Source of the DNA: Pristiophorus japonicus
Lineage: Eukaryota
DNA length: 64,000 bases
Reading direction: 5' to 3'
Assembly: GCF_044704955.1 (NCBI RefSeq)
Contig: NC_091980.1
Location: forward strand, 166,966,001-167,030,000
In this document: in pieces, positions 11,834-24,404 of the stretch
Layout: each line of letters starts with the position of its first letter
Position numbering within the stretch: the stretch's first letter is position 1
Translations under genes and position numbers: made by a program
Notes under the pieces: model-generated
What the model saw: the letters and a program-made list of their open reading frames with translations, nothing else
Databases searched by the model: none
What the model was told of the DNA's origin: nothing

Positions 11834-12479
11834 TACTGCCTTTTATTTGTGCTTGCTCCTTCTCCAGAAGGTAACGTTATCTACTTCTACACTAAAATGG
11901 GCTGGAAGCGGAAGATTTTTAATTTCTGTTCATCTTACTATTAACAAATTTGCTATAATATTAGTTAATCTCCATTGGTGTTGCTCACACAAAAGTGTTA
12001 AATGTAAACAACAAACAATTTAACAATGTTTTGATTTCTTTTCAGAAGTTCTCCCACTCTTAGTTCCAGTTTTTCCACTACCCCTGACTCAGCACCACAC
12101 CTCACTCCAGCTTTAGATGCTGTTCCAGACCTAGGTTCTGCTGGTAGCTCCCTTCTCTCACTTCCTTCACTTTATAAAAAGGAAAAGTGGATACTTTAAT
12201 TACTTAAAAAAAACTCGGGTTGAAATTCCTTGAGCGCTATTTTTATCATTATTTAGATTGCTCTTGCAAAACTCCTGCATTTACTATTTTATCAAAATTG
12301 TTATCCCGTTCATTAAATGCAAAGCTTAATATAATTTCAACTCAAAAGATAATTGGCCAAAGTTTTTGCCATTCAGGGGTAAAGTCATAATTTAAACAAG
12401 TAGCAGCAGAATATAAAGATAAATGTAATTTTGCATACGGTTAACATATTTTAAGCTGGGGGCGGGCGTGGGGTAGAGA

Positions 12480-12847
12480 AAGAGAGTTTGTACAAAAGTA
12501 AACTAAGGATTACAAGCCAAATAAACTGTGATAGTAGGACAAGGGGACACAGGTTCAAGCTCATAAAAAGATTCAGAACTGATATTAAACAAGAATGAGA
12601 GATAGTGGAAGGAGAATAATACAGTAGTAGAAATCTGGAATTCTCCGCTCCCCGCCCCCCCAATAGTTGCGGATGCTGGAGGACATTTGGAGCTTTCAAG
12701 ACTGAGATCGATAGATTTATGTTGGGTAAGACTATCGAGGATATGGAGCTACAGAAGGTAAATGGAGTTGAGATACAAATCAGCCCTGATCTAATTGAAT
12801 GAGGGAGCAGGCTTGAAGGTCTGAATGGGCCTCCTCCTGTTCCTATG
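12480..12847 (+). mobile_element. CR1 LINE 3' end
   Basis: GGACAAGGGGACACAGG...GATACAAATCAGCC...GAATGGGCCTCCTCCTGTTCCTATG. Confidence 0.75.
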
Positions 12848-13095
12848 AGAATGGTGGAACTTTGCAATACGTGACTGTGACGTTGCCTTGGATCCCTTTT
12901 TGAGTTTAGTGATGTTAGTCACTCCCATAAGTGGTCTGAGCATGTTACTTTAATTGGAGTTTATAAAACATTATCTCTCAAATCTCAAAAGCAGTTCACG
13001 ACGATAAATTGCATTTGAAGTGCAGTTTGCACACAGTAGAATCCTAATAAAAAAATGTTATGACTGTTTAAAAAAAAATTGTAGTCAGTTAGTAT

Positions 13096-13570
13096 ATAAG
13101 AACATAAAAAATAGCAGGAGTAGGTCATACAGCCCTTCGAGCCTACTCTGCCACTCAATAAGATTATGGCTGATCTTCAACCTCAGCTCCACTTTCCTGC
13201 CCGATTCCCATAATCCCTTGATTCCTCTAAAGTCCAAAAATCTATGTCTTGGATATACACAACGACTCAGCACCCACAGCCCTTTGGGGTAGAGAATTCC
13301 AAAGATTCACAACCCTCTGAGTGAAGAAATTCCTCCTCATCTCAGTCTTAAATGGCCGACCCCTTATCCTGAGACTGTGACCCCAGTTCTAGACACTCCA
13401 GCCAGGGGAAACAACCTCTCAGCATCTACCCTGTCAATCCCCCTCAGTTTCAATGAGATCACCTCTCATTCTTCTAAACTCTAGACAATATAGGCCCAAT
13501 CTAGTCAACCTCTTGTAAGGAAACGCTCTCATCCCAGGGATCAATCTAGTGAACCTTCGTTGCACTGCCT
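13096..13570 (-). mobile_element. CR1 LINE 3' end
   Basis: TAAGAACATAA tail and typical CR1 3' UTR/ORF2 end. Confidence 0.85.
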
Positions 13571-14594
13571 GTACAACAACAACAGCTTGTATTTATATAG
13601 CACCTTTAACGTAGTGAAACGGCCCAAGGCGCTTCACAGTGTGGAGAATGATCAAAGGAGCTCTAACTGTGGTCAGCCTATGATGATGATGATGACTAAT
13701 TGTGGTGGTTGAAGGAGGAAAGTTGGTCAGGACACTTGAGAACTCCCTACTCTACTTTCAATAATGCCATGCGAACATTTACCTGGGCCATCAGACAGGG
13801 TCCCAGTTTAAGACTTTGTCTGAAGGGCAGCACTTCTGACAGTGCAGCACAGTACTATGCTGGTGTGTCTACTTAGTCTGGGCCATGGATCAGGATGAAG
13901 GTATTAAAAGTAGAATGACTGAGTTTGCAAATGAGCAGTGTGAGATGAAGATGCGAGTCCGAAAGTCAGTGAGATCGGCAGAGCCTTAGTAACTGGGCAG
14001 AAGAATGATTAATGGAGTTGAGTATCGGCATAATGTAATACGTTTTGATACTAAATATTACAATAGATCATTATATACGAAACAAGGAAAGGTGCTTTAT
14101 GTAAGAGGTTGGCAAAGAATTGCCACAGTAGATGGCAGCAGTTACAAAGTCAAATGATGGGACTTCTAAATAAAATAGAAATCCCGATTGTTACTGACAT
14201 TCCTACAAATAGGAGGACGATGTCCAGGTGTGATCTCAACCCTTAAGGAATAAGGGAAGCTATATCCATTCTCAAAAAAAAGATTTGTGATATGTATTGA
14301 AAGAAATAAAAAGTAAGGGTGTGCTGAAAGATGGGAGTGCCTAATAAGGGTAGAAAAACTGGTTATAAACTGAGGCAACCACAAACTAAACTTAGCATAA
14401 GGAATAACTTCACACTTTGAGTTAGGGGCCTTTTACTAATGGCCGGCTGCCCATCGCAGTAAACATGGGCTCAGTTGGAGTGTTGCCAATACGGGCGATT
14501 TACTTGCAGGTCTTGCGAGTTCTGGAAGTTTATTTTGATGTTTATGCTACATGCAAGAAATTCAGTTCTGTGCAAAGCTGCGATCTCAATGTGT

Positions 14595-15010
14595 CCACTG
14601 TGGCTCAGTGGGTAGCACACTCTGAGTCAGAAGGTTGTGGGTTCAAGTCCCACTCCAGGGAATTGAGCATAAAAATCTAGGCTGACACACCAGTGCAGTG
14701 CTGAGGGAGTGCTGCACTGTCGGAAGTGCCTACCATTTCATGTGGACGTAAAAGATCCCATGGCACTATTTTGAAGAAGAGCAGGGGAGTTATCCCCAGT
14801 GTCCTGGCCAATATTTACCCCTCAATCAACATAACAAAAATAGATTATCTGGTCATTATCACATTGCTGTTTGTGGAAGCTTGCTGTGTGCAAATTGGCT
14901 GCCCATATCCTACATTTCAACAGTGACTACTCTCCAAAAGTACTTCATTGACTGCAAAGCATTTTGAGATATCCGGTGGTTGTGAAAGGCGCTATATAAA
15001 TCCAAGTCGT
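14595..15010 (+). mobile_element. SacSINE1-like SINE with small internal deletion
   Basis: GTGGCTCAGTGGGTAG (A-box) and GGTTCAAGTCCC (B-box), Deu core, tail. Confidence 0.9.
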
Positions 15011-15139
15011 TCCTGCATGAGATGCGAGCATTAAGCATAACTTCTACAATTTTCCAGGCTTGCAAGGGGATTGCTAACCAGTGCATTGTTGCAGTTGACA
15101 ATATTTAACGGAGAATCGCATCATTTTTTGATTCAATAA

Positions 15140-15272
15140 AGAGTTCTGATCCAAGGTCATCGACCTGAAACATTAACTCTGTTGTTCGCTCCACAAATGC
15201 TGCCTGACCTGCTGAGTGTTTCCAGCATTTTCTGTTTTTATTTTAGATTTCCAGTGTCCGCAGTATTTTGTA
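15140..15272 (+). mobile_element. Penelope-like terminal repeat fragment with hammerhead-like motif
   Basis: AGAGTT-CTGATCCA-AGGTC-ATC-GACCT-GAAACATT-AACTCT: stems I and II intact, core mutated. Confidence 0.6.
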
Positions 15273-15524
15273 AAAGGAGAAGTGGGATTGATTGTTTTTC
15301 TTTTGTAATGTTGTTTGGGTCCCACATTACATTTATGATGTATAGTGTATATAGAACGCTATGGTGGTGAATGCACTTTACTGAGCAGAGGATCCTGGAA
15401 CCAAGGATCGACAGTGGTAGTTGTGTGTACTGCTATGTTACTGTCTGGTGCATTGGTTTCGATAGCCTGTTTGAGTGAATCTCCAGAGGGTTGATCACCA
15501 AGACCAGCTACTTCTAACTCCGTA

Positions 15525-16113
15525 GCCTTGCCCATCTCTGCCTCTACCTCCGCCCATCTGCTGCTTATACCCTCTACCATGTCAATTGATACCTCCAGAC
15601 TTGACTACTCCAATATTCACCTGGCCGGCCTCCCACCTTGCACCCTCTGTAAACTTGAGTTCTTCCAAAACTCTGATGCCCGCCCGTATCCTAACTCGCA
15701 TCAAATCCCGTTCACCCATCATCCCTGTGCTCGGTGACCTACATTGGCTCTCGATCTGACAATGGCTCGATTTTAAAAAAAAATTCAATCCCTCCATGTC
15801 CTTACCCCCCACTATCTCTGTAACCTCCTCCAGCCCTACAACCCTCCAAGATCTCTGTGGTCCTCCAATTCTGGACTCTTGCCATCCTCGATTTCCATCC
15901 CTCTACCATTGACCTAAAGCTCTGAAATTCCTTCCCTACACCCCTTGCTTCTCCCTCTTCATTTTAAGTCGCTCATTAAAAACTTCCTCTGAGCAAGCTG
16001 TTGGTTACCTGTCCTAATATCTCTATGTGGCTTGGTATCAGATTATGTTTGATAACGCTCCCGTGAAGCACCTTGGGACATTTTACTCAATTAAAGGTGC
16101 AAGTTGTTGTTGT
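15525..16113 (+). mobile_element. L2 LINE 3' portion
   Basis: TSRLDYSNIHLAGLP...KLEFFQNS; GTTGTTG tail. Confidence 0.85.
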
Positions 16114-16902
16114 CCTAGGTATGATTCTGTTGTGTTAAATTGGTGGTTCTTGCAATCTTGCTGACTCTGCTGGAAGGATAGTTGATTTCATGATTGGCTT
16201 TTTAACAGGGACTTGGGACTCAATTATCTCAGTGCTATCAGATTGGGATGGGTTGCATTTAATCCCTGTTGTTCGTTTCGCAGCCCATTGAACGGCAAGC
16301 ATGTGTAGAAGCTGACTAATGCCATGGGAGAGCCCCTACTAATTGCCAGGGTCGGCAGGATGGATCACTGTTCGTTGTGTAGTCCCACCCTCAGCTGAGA
16401 AGCTCCACAAATCCCCAGAAGCAGACCTTTTGACTTGTGTAAATAGTTGAAGGTGTGCAGAGGCCTGATAATGGGTTATTATTTAGATTAGAATAGAGAT
16501 GAATGCTGGGGGCTGTGCCTTTACGATACATCATTGTGACTGGCTTTAAAAAGCTGGAGCCAGGAAAGACTTTAGTGAGGACTGGTACTAATGCGACAGA
16601 GGCAGACAGACTAATTGTTGTTTCTGAAAGTGTGCCCTCCCTTGCTTTGTACCTTCACTTAACTCTTACAGTGCTGGTAGATAAGTTTAATACAATCTTC
16701 TGACTTTTGTTACTAACTAGAACTAGGTCAGGGAATCTCAACTATTTCCAATCCTTGTTAAGTGCACCTAAAGCAGTTTGCTAGTTTCTATTGAAAACTG
16801 CAAGAAGCAATTCAACTGATCCTCATTGCTCCAGACCACTATCTTCTGACGTTCTTTATCACTTTCATTGCAGTCTGTTGCAGTACCAAGCTTCACCTCG
16901 AG

Positions 16903-16944
16903 ATTTCTCTCTCCCACCCCATCTCTCTCTCTCTCTCTCTCTCC

Positions 16945-16977
<33 letters not shown>

Positions 16978-17406
16978 CCCTCCCCTCTCTCTCTCTCGCT
17001 CTCTCTCTCCCCTCTGTCTCTTGCTCCCTCGCTCTCCCCCCCCCTCTCTCTCTCCCCCCTCTTTCTTCCTCTTTCTCTCCCCCCTCTCTCCTCCTCTCTT
17101 TTGCTCTCTCCCCTCTCTCTCTCTCTCTCTCTTCCCCCCTCTCTCTTCCCCCCTCTCTCTTCCCCGTCTCTCTCTCTCCCCCTCTTTCTCTCTCTCTCTC
17201 CCCCTCTTTCTCTCTCTCTCTCCCGCTTTCTCTCCCTCTTTCTCTTTTCCCTCTCTTTCTCTTTCTCTCTCTTTCTCCCTCTCCTCCCCTGCCTCCCCTG
17301 CAACTTCTAACTTCCAAGTCCATCCAAAACTTAAGTCTCTTTCCCATACCATGGTCTTCTAGCACCCATCTAACATCCTGGATAGGAATACAAGAACATG
17401 CTTGTT

Positions 17407-17443
<37 letters not shown>

Positions 17444-17480
17444 CCTCTTTCTCCCTCTTTCTCTCTTTCTCTCTTTCTGT
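16903..17480. repeat. (CT)n / polypyrimidine low-complexity tracts (16903-17300 and 17408-17480)
   Basis: Directly visible. Confidence 0.95.
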
Positions 17481-17708
17481 TGCTACTTTTCTTGTTTCTC
17501 TCTATCTTATGATCATGGTCAGTACTTCACTAAATCTTTCTCTCTTGCTGAACCCAATTTTCAAACGCTACACACTTCTTTTTTCATATACCCTCATTAT
17601 GTTGAAATCAAGACTCATCGCACTATTTCCTACTCTTAACTCATTCTCTCTCAGGACCTCAAAACTTTGGACCTCCTCAGTCTTCCCTTCCTTGTACAAT
17701 CTATAATT

Positions 17709-18005
17709 AACAACAATAGCAACTTTTATTTATATAGCGCCTTTAACGTAGTAAAACGTCCCAGGGCGCTTCACAGGAGGGTTATAAGACAAAACAAATA
17801 AATGTGACACCAAGCCACATAAGAAGAAATTACAGCAGATGACCAAAAGCTTGGTTAAATATGTAGGTTTTAAGGAGCATCTTTAAGGAGGAAAGAGAGG
17901 TAGGGAAGTGGCAAGGTTTAGAGAGGGAGTTCCAGAGCTTGGGGCCCAGGCAGCTGCAGGCATGGCCACCGATGGTTGAGCGATTATAATCAGGGATGCT
18001 CAAGA
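17709..18005 (-). mobile_element. L2 LINE 3' end
   Basis: Minus ORF LSIPDYNRSTIGG...KTYIFNQAF; CAACAA tail. Confidence 0.88.
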
Positions 18006-18250
18006 AAACCTGCAAAAACCCAAGCTTGGCAGCACTTAGTCACTAGTTCCTGATTTAACTCATCTTATATTCTCTTCGCCCTTCATATGGTGGGCTTCAT
18101 TCTTCTCCAATAATAGCTAAACCTTTCTACTGCATTGCAGACATGATATTCACTGAGGGGGATTGGGAGAACAGTTTATCCAATAGGCGATGGGGCAATC
18201 TGGACTTGGGTTGACTAATGCATCGAATACAATAGTGATCTGAATTCTTG

Positions 18251-18888
18251 GGGCCTGAAATTGATGAAGGCCAAGGTCCGCCCAAGTGCCACCCAAAGTA
18301 CCTCCGACAGACCGGGCGGTACTTTGACAGGCAGATTCCTCTAAAAGAGGTGGCGGTACCGACCGGTGGCAAAATAACGGCTTACGCTGTCAATCTGGGC
18401 AGCAGCAGGCGAGAGGTCTCAATCTCGGCGGCAAATGCTCTTGCTGCCCAAGTGCCACCGAGGATGGAGTCGGGCCCAGGGAGGGTGGAAGAGCTGAAAA
18501 TAAAAAACATTACCAAAAAAAAAAACAATGGAACACCTTCAGGGGATTCCCATCCAGGTAAGTCGCTGTGAAAATAACATTTTAAATATGTTCACTAATC
18601 TTTTTTTCCCGTTCTTCACACCTACCATCGGGGTTAGACTTGCCTCCACGCAGCGGTTCCCCCTGCTGGCGCAGACTCCTGCCCACGCCAGTCTGGCATC
18701 TCAGCGGGTGGGAGACCACTTACGCTACTTGGCCACCAGAGGACGTCAGCGGGCGATTCCCGGCGGTACTCCCCTCCCGCCCGCTCCAGCCCACGTGGAA
18801 ACTGGGAGAGAGAGGCAACCGGAAGCAAAACTTTACTCGGCGGATGTCGACGGTGGCAGTGGGCGGTAAGGCCACCAATATCTGGCCC
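18251..18888. mobile_element. GC-rich MITE, Harbinger-like
   Basis: TIRs GGGCCTGAAATTG / CAATATCTGGCCC (11/13 match). Flanks TTG and ATG suggest a degenerate 3-bp TSD. Confidence 0.7.
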
Positions 18889-18964
18889 ATGGTCTTCCTT
18901 TGATCTTGGAGAAGCAATGCTGTTGATGGGCTGAGGGTGGAAGGGGACATCCTTAGGCCAACGT

Positions 18965-19392
18965 ACCATCGTACCAGATGAAACTGTTGACTTATGAAGA
19001 AAGGTTGAGCAGTTTGGGCCTATACTCATTGGAATTTAGAAGAATGAGAGGTTGTCTTATTGAAACATATAAAATACTGAGGGGGCTCGACAAGGTAGAT
19101 GCAGAGAGGGTGTTTCCACTCGTGGGGGAATCCAGAACTAGGGGGCATAGTTTAAGAATAAGTGGTTGCCCATTTAGAACTGAGATGAGGAGGAATTTCT
19201 TTTCTCAGAGGGTCGTAAATCTGTGGAATTCTCTGCCCCAGAGAGCAGTGGAGGCGGGTCATTGAATATATTTAAGGCGGAGATAGACAGATTTTTGAGC
19301 GATAAGGGAATAAAGGGTTATGGGGAGTGGGCAGGGATGGCAGAGCAGGCTGTGGGGCCAATGGCCTTCTCCTGCTCCTATTTCTTATGTAA
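18965..19392 (+). mobile_element. CR1 LINE 3' end
   Basis: ORF 18978..19265: LTYEERLSSLGLYSLEFRRMRG...NLWNSLPQ. Confidence 0.92.
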
Positions 19393-21280
19393 CACACAAG
19401 CTAAACTTTATATTCACATTTCAGAGTAAAAGTTACCATTTCTTGGGTGGAGAGAAATATGTGTTGATGCTCATGCTTGGCCCACTGTCCACCTCCTGTT
19501 TCTACTTATGGGTGAGTCCAGAACAAGGGGACATAAAGATATCCATTAACACCTCAAGTAAAGAATTTAGGAGAAATTTCTTAGGGAATGGTGAGAATGT
19601 AGGACTTGGAGTGGTTGAAGCAGATCGCATTGATGCATTTAGGAGAGGCTTGATGCATACATGATGGAGAAGGGAATAGAGGGATATGGAGGCAGGGTGG
19701 GAAGTGATAATTCTAGTGGGAGGGGACCCATGTGGAGTAAAAACATCGGCACCGACTAGTTGTGCCAAATGACCCCGTGTCACTGCTGTAGATTCTATAT
19801 AATTCTCTTGGCCTTGCCCCAGCTGCACTGGATTCAATTCTAGCATTTATTTCTCAGGTTAAAGTTGGAGTGATTGGTTCTGGTGAGCAGATGTAATCTT
19901 CCATCACTGTTTAAAAGCAGTGACTCCATTGAGGGAGTTCTCAGGCAGGTTCACAGTGCCTAGCATCTGGGTGACCATCAGGCATTTCCCCACCGGAGCC
20001 CGGGAAGCAGGGCAACAGCCTCTCAGTCAAGGAAGTGTATAGCACATGGATACAAGCACTGAAAAGATGTTGAGGGGAGGGTATCAGTTAAGGAGTAAGA
20101 AAGAATATCAGGATTATTACCAACAGGGAAACACCATTACGTAGATCAACCTTCCTTTCCCTTAATTTTCTTATATCCAGCAGACATAGTAACTGTTGGA
20201 CGAAAAAACGGCAAGATCCATCTAGTCCGTCCTCTACCATCCCGGTAGTCGCATGATACAACGATAATGGAGTTGTTGACCAATCATAGCAATCAATCTC
20301 TTATCAATTAGTCTGCAACAGACCCAGGCATGAGGTGAGGAAAACCCTAGTGGTGGAGAGCTTTGGGTACCATGGGTCCAAAGTTAGCTGTCCCTCCCGA
20401 GCACGCTACACTTGGCACATCTAATATCATCTAATTATCTCTTGAACCCATTGAACCTGTTTGCATCAATGGCTGTCCTTGTTAACTTGCACAGCTTTAC
20501 TACCTTGGATAAAGACGTTCCAGCTGATTTCCTTCTTATTCTTAACCTTCTCATTTTTAACTTGCATCTCCTGTTATTTGAACCCTTCAAGCAATGGTCA
20601 ATCAAGTCTGCGTCAATTTTGTTCATTCCAGATGGAATTCTGTTCAACATAAGTGACTACATTTACTGCTTGGGGGGAGCATCGCTTATAACTGGCAGTG
20701 ACCAAACAATCTGAACTTGAATTCATTTCAGTTGCCAAAGCCTTCAAAACAACCTGTGAATAACAGCTTCTCTACACAGTTGGGTCCAGCATTTGCATTT
20801 CCAGCGGCTGTTTCACATGAAAATAAGACCATTAGAGGAACTGTGACCTCGTCTTCACATTCTTCACGGGTCATGATCTAACAACATGCCCTTTTCAATT
20901 TACATATACTCAGAATTTCAACACTGTAAATGCTTCTTTTGCTTGAAGTTCTGAGCATCAAATTGAGGGAGTCTCTGGGTTTTGAACAAAGCGATTCTGT
21001 GGAAGAGCTCACTTTCTCAAATATTTGCATTCGCTGTGTGCTAAAAATGTACTGTTGGACTTTTCAACTGCTTGTTGGTAGGGTTTGTCTGAGCTTGTGA
21101 CAGTATCCTTTTTGCCTCAGACTATGAGTGATTCACATTGCAGCATGTTAAATACCAGAGTATGTCTGTTCAGAGATGTGAAACCACTGACTCCACAAAA
21201 CTGAAAATTAGCCTGTGGCAGTGCACAATATCTGGGTTTTGTTAAAGAGGATGTCTCAATATCTGATTCCTGGTTAAAGA

Positions 21281-21583
21281 TAAGAACATAAGAAATAGGA
21301 GCAGGAGTCAGCCATATGGCCCCTTGAGCCTGCTCTGCAATTCAATAAGCTCATGGCTGGTCGGATCTTGGCCTCAACTCCTCTTTCCTGCCTGTTCCCC
21401 TAACCCTTGACTCCCCTATGGTTCAAGAACCTGTTTGTCTCAGCTTTGAATATATTCAATGACTCAGCTTCCACAGCTCTCTGGGGTAGAAAATTCCAAA
21501 GATTCACGACCCTCTGAGAGAAGAAATTCCTCCTCATCTCCGTCTTAAATGGGCGACCCCTTATTCTGGAACTGTGCCCTCTG
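21281..21583 (-). mobile_element. CR1 LINE 3' end
   Basis: ORF 21400..21588: RGHS...RRNFFSQRVVNLWN; TAAGAACATAAGAA tail. Confidence 0.92.
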
Positions 21584-21739
21584 AGCAAATATTCGAGAAA
21601 ATGAGTTCTTCGACAGAATTGCTTTGTTCAAAACCCAGAGACTCCCTCAATTTGATGCTCAGAACTCCAGTGCAAAAGAGGAGCTCTCAATATCTGGGTC
21701 CTGGTTAAAGAGGGGGGTCTCAATATCTGAGTCCACAAA

Positions 21740-22965
21740 ATACCCCCAGCCTCCTGCATAATTTTCCGTCACACTGGAGTTTTATGATTTGGATGGCTTG
21801 GAGTACAGGGTGAAGTCTGATACCCAAGCGTTACTTCCACCAAGCCTACATCGCCCCAGTATAGTGTTGATGCCTGAGCCACTTCTGAGGATACACTGCA
21901 GTTTATACTCCAGGGTTGAGAAGCTAATAAAAGCTTGGGCCTCTTCAGAGGCTGGTCTGGGGATTGGAGTGGGAGTGGCAGTTGAGTAAGCTCAACAGGC
22001 AGCAGGCTGATTTGAAGGACCACGATGAATGATAGCACATTGCATCACCTGAAGCGTAGCTGACGGATACATCCCCATGAACCGAAGCATGACGAGCCTG
22101 CGCAGTACTAACATTTAGCAAAGCCAGACTGCGGAATTTGCAGGACTTCTCTCTCCCTCGAGTGTGGGCCCAGCTTGTGCAGTGGTGGTTGCTTTTCTCC
22201 AGGCAGGACCCATCAAAGCAGCGATCCTCTTTTCCAAGGGTGTCAGTGGCTGCACATTTGCCGGGCCACCTCCTGTTTTGAGTTCTTTCTCGTTTGTGTG
22301 CCAATTTCCTCTATAAAGATGAAAATATAACTTTTTAGAGAGAGTGTCTTTATGTTGGGTGGGACATATACAGCTGGTCACATTTACAATTGCAATTCCA
22401 TTGAATAAATGAAAATATTACTTACACTAACTACTTGACCAAAGTCCTGCCACTTCTTTTTGCACTGGTCTCCAGACCTGAGGGTTTCTTCCTTTCTTTG
22501 GGTGGAACTTTTATGTGACCTCTGCTGATGTCCAGCTCCTGCCATCTGATCTCAATCACAGTAACTGTGCCTCCACTTCATCCTGTAAGAAATTCTTGGA
22601 CCTTGCGCCGCGTTGCATCTTGTATTGCAGCCCCAATTTTTCCACTGAGAATTAAAGTTCTCACACACAACTGGCTGTTTAAAAATGGCCGAATGCAGAC
22701 CGGGAGCTGTATTGGGCATGTGCGCCCATAGGAATCACGTCAAAAACGTCCATTTTTTCTCGCGCTTGCGCAGAAGGGGTGACAGCATTTTTTCGGCGCA
22801 GATATTAGGCTCCACCCTCCGAGGCTACAGGACAGGCTGCGTGGCGCCAATTTCAAAAAATAGAGCAGGGAAACGTACTACTTTTTTTTGAGTAGTCGGG
22901 GCCAAGAAAAACGGGCGTAACTCTGGCAATATGCCAAAAAACGGCATTGGGGAAAATTGAGCCCC
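21740..22965 (-). mobile_element. PIF/Harbinger transposon relic (one terminus plus Myb/SANT-like gene; no transposase seen)
   Basis: Terminus GGGGCTCAATTTTCCCC on the minus strand at 22965, followed by a Myb/SANT-like gene. Left boundary uncertain. Confidence 0.75.
22150..22618 (-). pseudogene. Harbinger Myb/SANT-like DNA-binding protein gene, degenerate, two exons
   Basis: Exon 22618-22426 reads MQRGARSKNFLQDEVEA/VTVIEIRWQELD.../RSGDQCKKKWQDFGQVVS. A GTAAGT...TTTATAG intron spans 22425-22311. The next exon reads RKLAHKRERTQ/TGGGPANVQPLTPLEKRIAALMG. Slashes mark frameshifts. Confidence 0.8.
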
Positions 22966-22973
22966 ATGTTTGT

Positions 22974-23106
22974 GGGGTTGAATTTCCACAGGGATTCTCT
23001 CAATCATCCGCCGTTACCCCGGTAACAGTATTCCTCAATGGTCACTGCGGACCTTCGGCAAGCTGACGGCAGGCACTCCAGACAACTCCCATGGAAGTCC
23101 AAGCCC
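22974..23106. mobile_element. 133-bp MITE, Harbinger-like
   Basis: TIRs GGGGTTGAATTTCCA / TGGAAGTCCAAGCCC (12/15 match) with TGT TSD on both sides. Confidence 0.7.
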
Positions 23107-23159
23107 TGTGTGCTGATGAAAGTTTTTGCTATTTACCTTTGTTGGCTGCCAGCCTTCTT

Positions 23160-23700
23160 TGATATTATGGAAGTTATGCTAAACCTTTGTAAATACTGTT
23201 TGGGCCCCAGCTGGAGTATGGTGCCAATTTCTGTGCACCACACTTTAGGAAAGATTTCTAGGCCTTGGAGAGGGTGAAGAGGATGTTTATTAGAATGGTA
23301 CCAGGGATTAGGAACTTCAGTTCTGTGGAGAGACCAGAGAAGATTAAGGGGCGATTTAATAGAAGTATTCAAAATCATGAGCGGTTTTGATAGTGAATAG
23401 GGAGAAACTGTTTTTACTGGCAGGAGGTTCGGTAACACGAGGACACAGATTTAAGGTGATTGGCAAGTTATAAAAGAAAGAAAGACATTGCCTTTATACA
23501 GCGCCACGGGATGTCTCAAAGCGCTTTACGCCGATTGGGAATGCATTCAATAATAACTTTCAAAAGAGAATTTGATATATACTTGAAAAGGAAAACTTTT
23601 TCAGGACTATGGGGAAAGAGCAGGAGAGTGGTTCTAATTGGATAGCACAGGCCCAATGGGCCAAATGTCCTCCTCCTTTGCGGTATAATTCTGTATTTTC
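23160..23700 (+). mobile_element. CR1 LINE 3' portion with nested SINE tail (~23472-23530)
   Basis: Degenerate P.LEY..QF...H, RRLRGDLIEVFKI and TRGHRFK sequence. Confidence 0.8.
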
Positions 23701-24404
23701 TTCCTGATGAAATCCAAATTGCGTGTTGAGTGTAATCAAGCATTTTTTTTGTGATTGGAGCAGGTATAACTTGCTGTTATCATGTCCCACTCAGTCTTGA
23801 TGGTGTTTGAAGTTTTTGCAAAGCCCGGGTGAAAGAGTGCGTGCGGCCACCTTAAATGGAGTGTCGTTCTGCTTTCCAGGCATAGCTGCTGATAGCTTTA
23901 CAGAGAATGATTCCCTCTGTCTTGAGCCTCAGTGATAAAGAGGAAGAGGTGAAGAAAGGAGCCTCTGTCCGTTGTTGCGGCAGAGTTTGGTGGATGCTAG
24001 GGTTTGTTGGGCATGCCCAGTGCTTTCACAGATTGTTCCTGGCACAGCTAGCTTTCAATGAAGGGAGTCCGTCTGCTCTCCTCCCCTTGTCTTACGTGAC
24101 TGTCACTGGGTTTCAAAGTCATTCATTGTACATGAAGCCTTTTGAGAGGTTTCTGCATAATCCTTCCTTTTTCTTTGCCATGTCCATTTGTGGGACTGAG
24201 TTGGACAGTGCCCAGTTGGGACAGACAGCTCTCTATCTATCTCGGTTTGTCTTTGAGGTGAAGAGAATCGTAGAAATGATACAAATTGCAGCACAGAAGA
24301 AGAAACCCGAGATGTGCATGTCTTCCTTTTTAACCTTTGCAGTGTTTTGCAATACGGCAGTTTTCTGGGAATGTACATTAAGTTTTTACGTTCTCAATGT
24401 TCAT

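Noticed and set aside
14595-14665. tRNA gene
   Set aside because: The A/B boxes belong to a SINE head that continues into the Deu-domain.
16768-17706. Long ER-rich or SL-rich ORFs
   Set aside because: Translations of (CT)n/(GA)n tracts.
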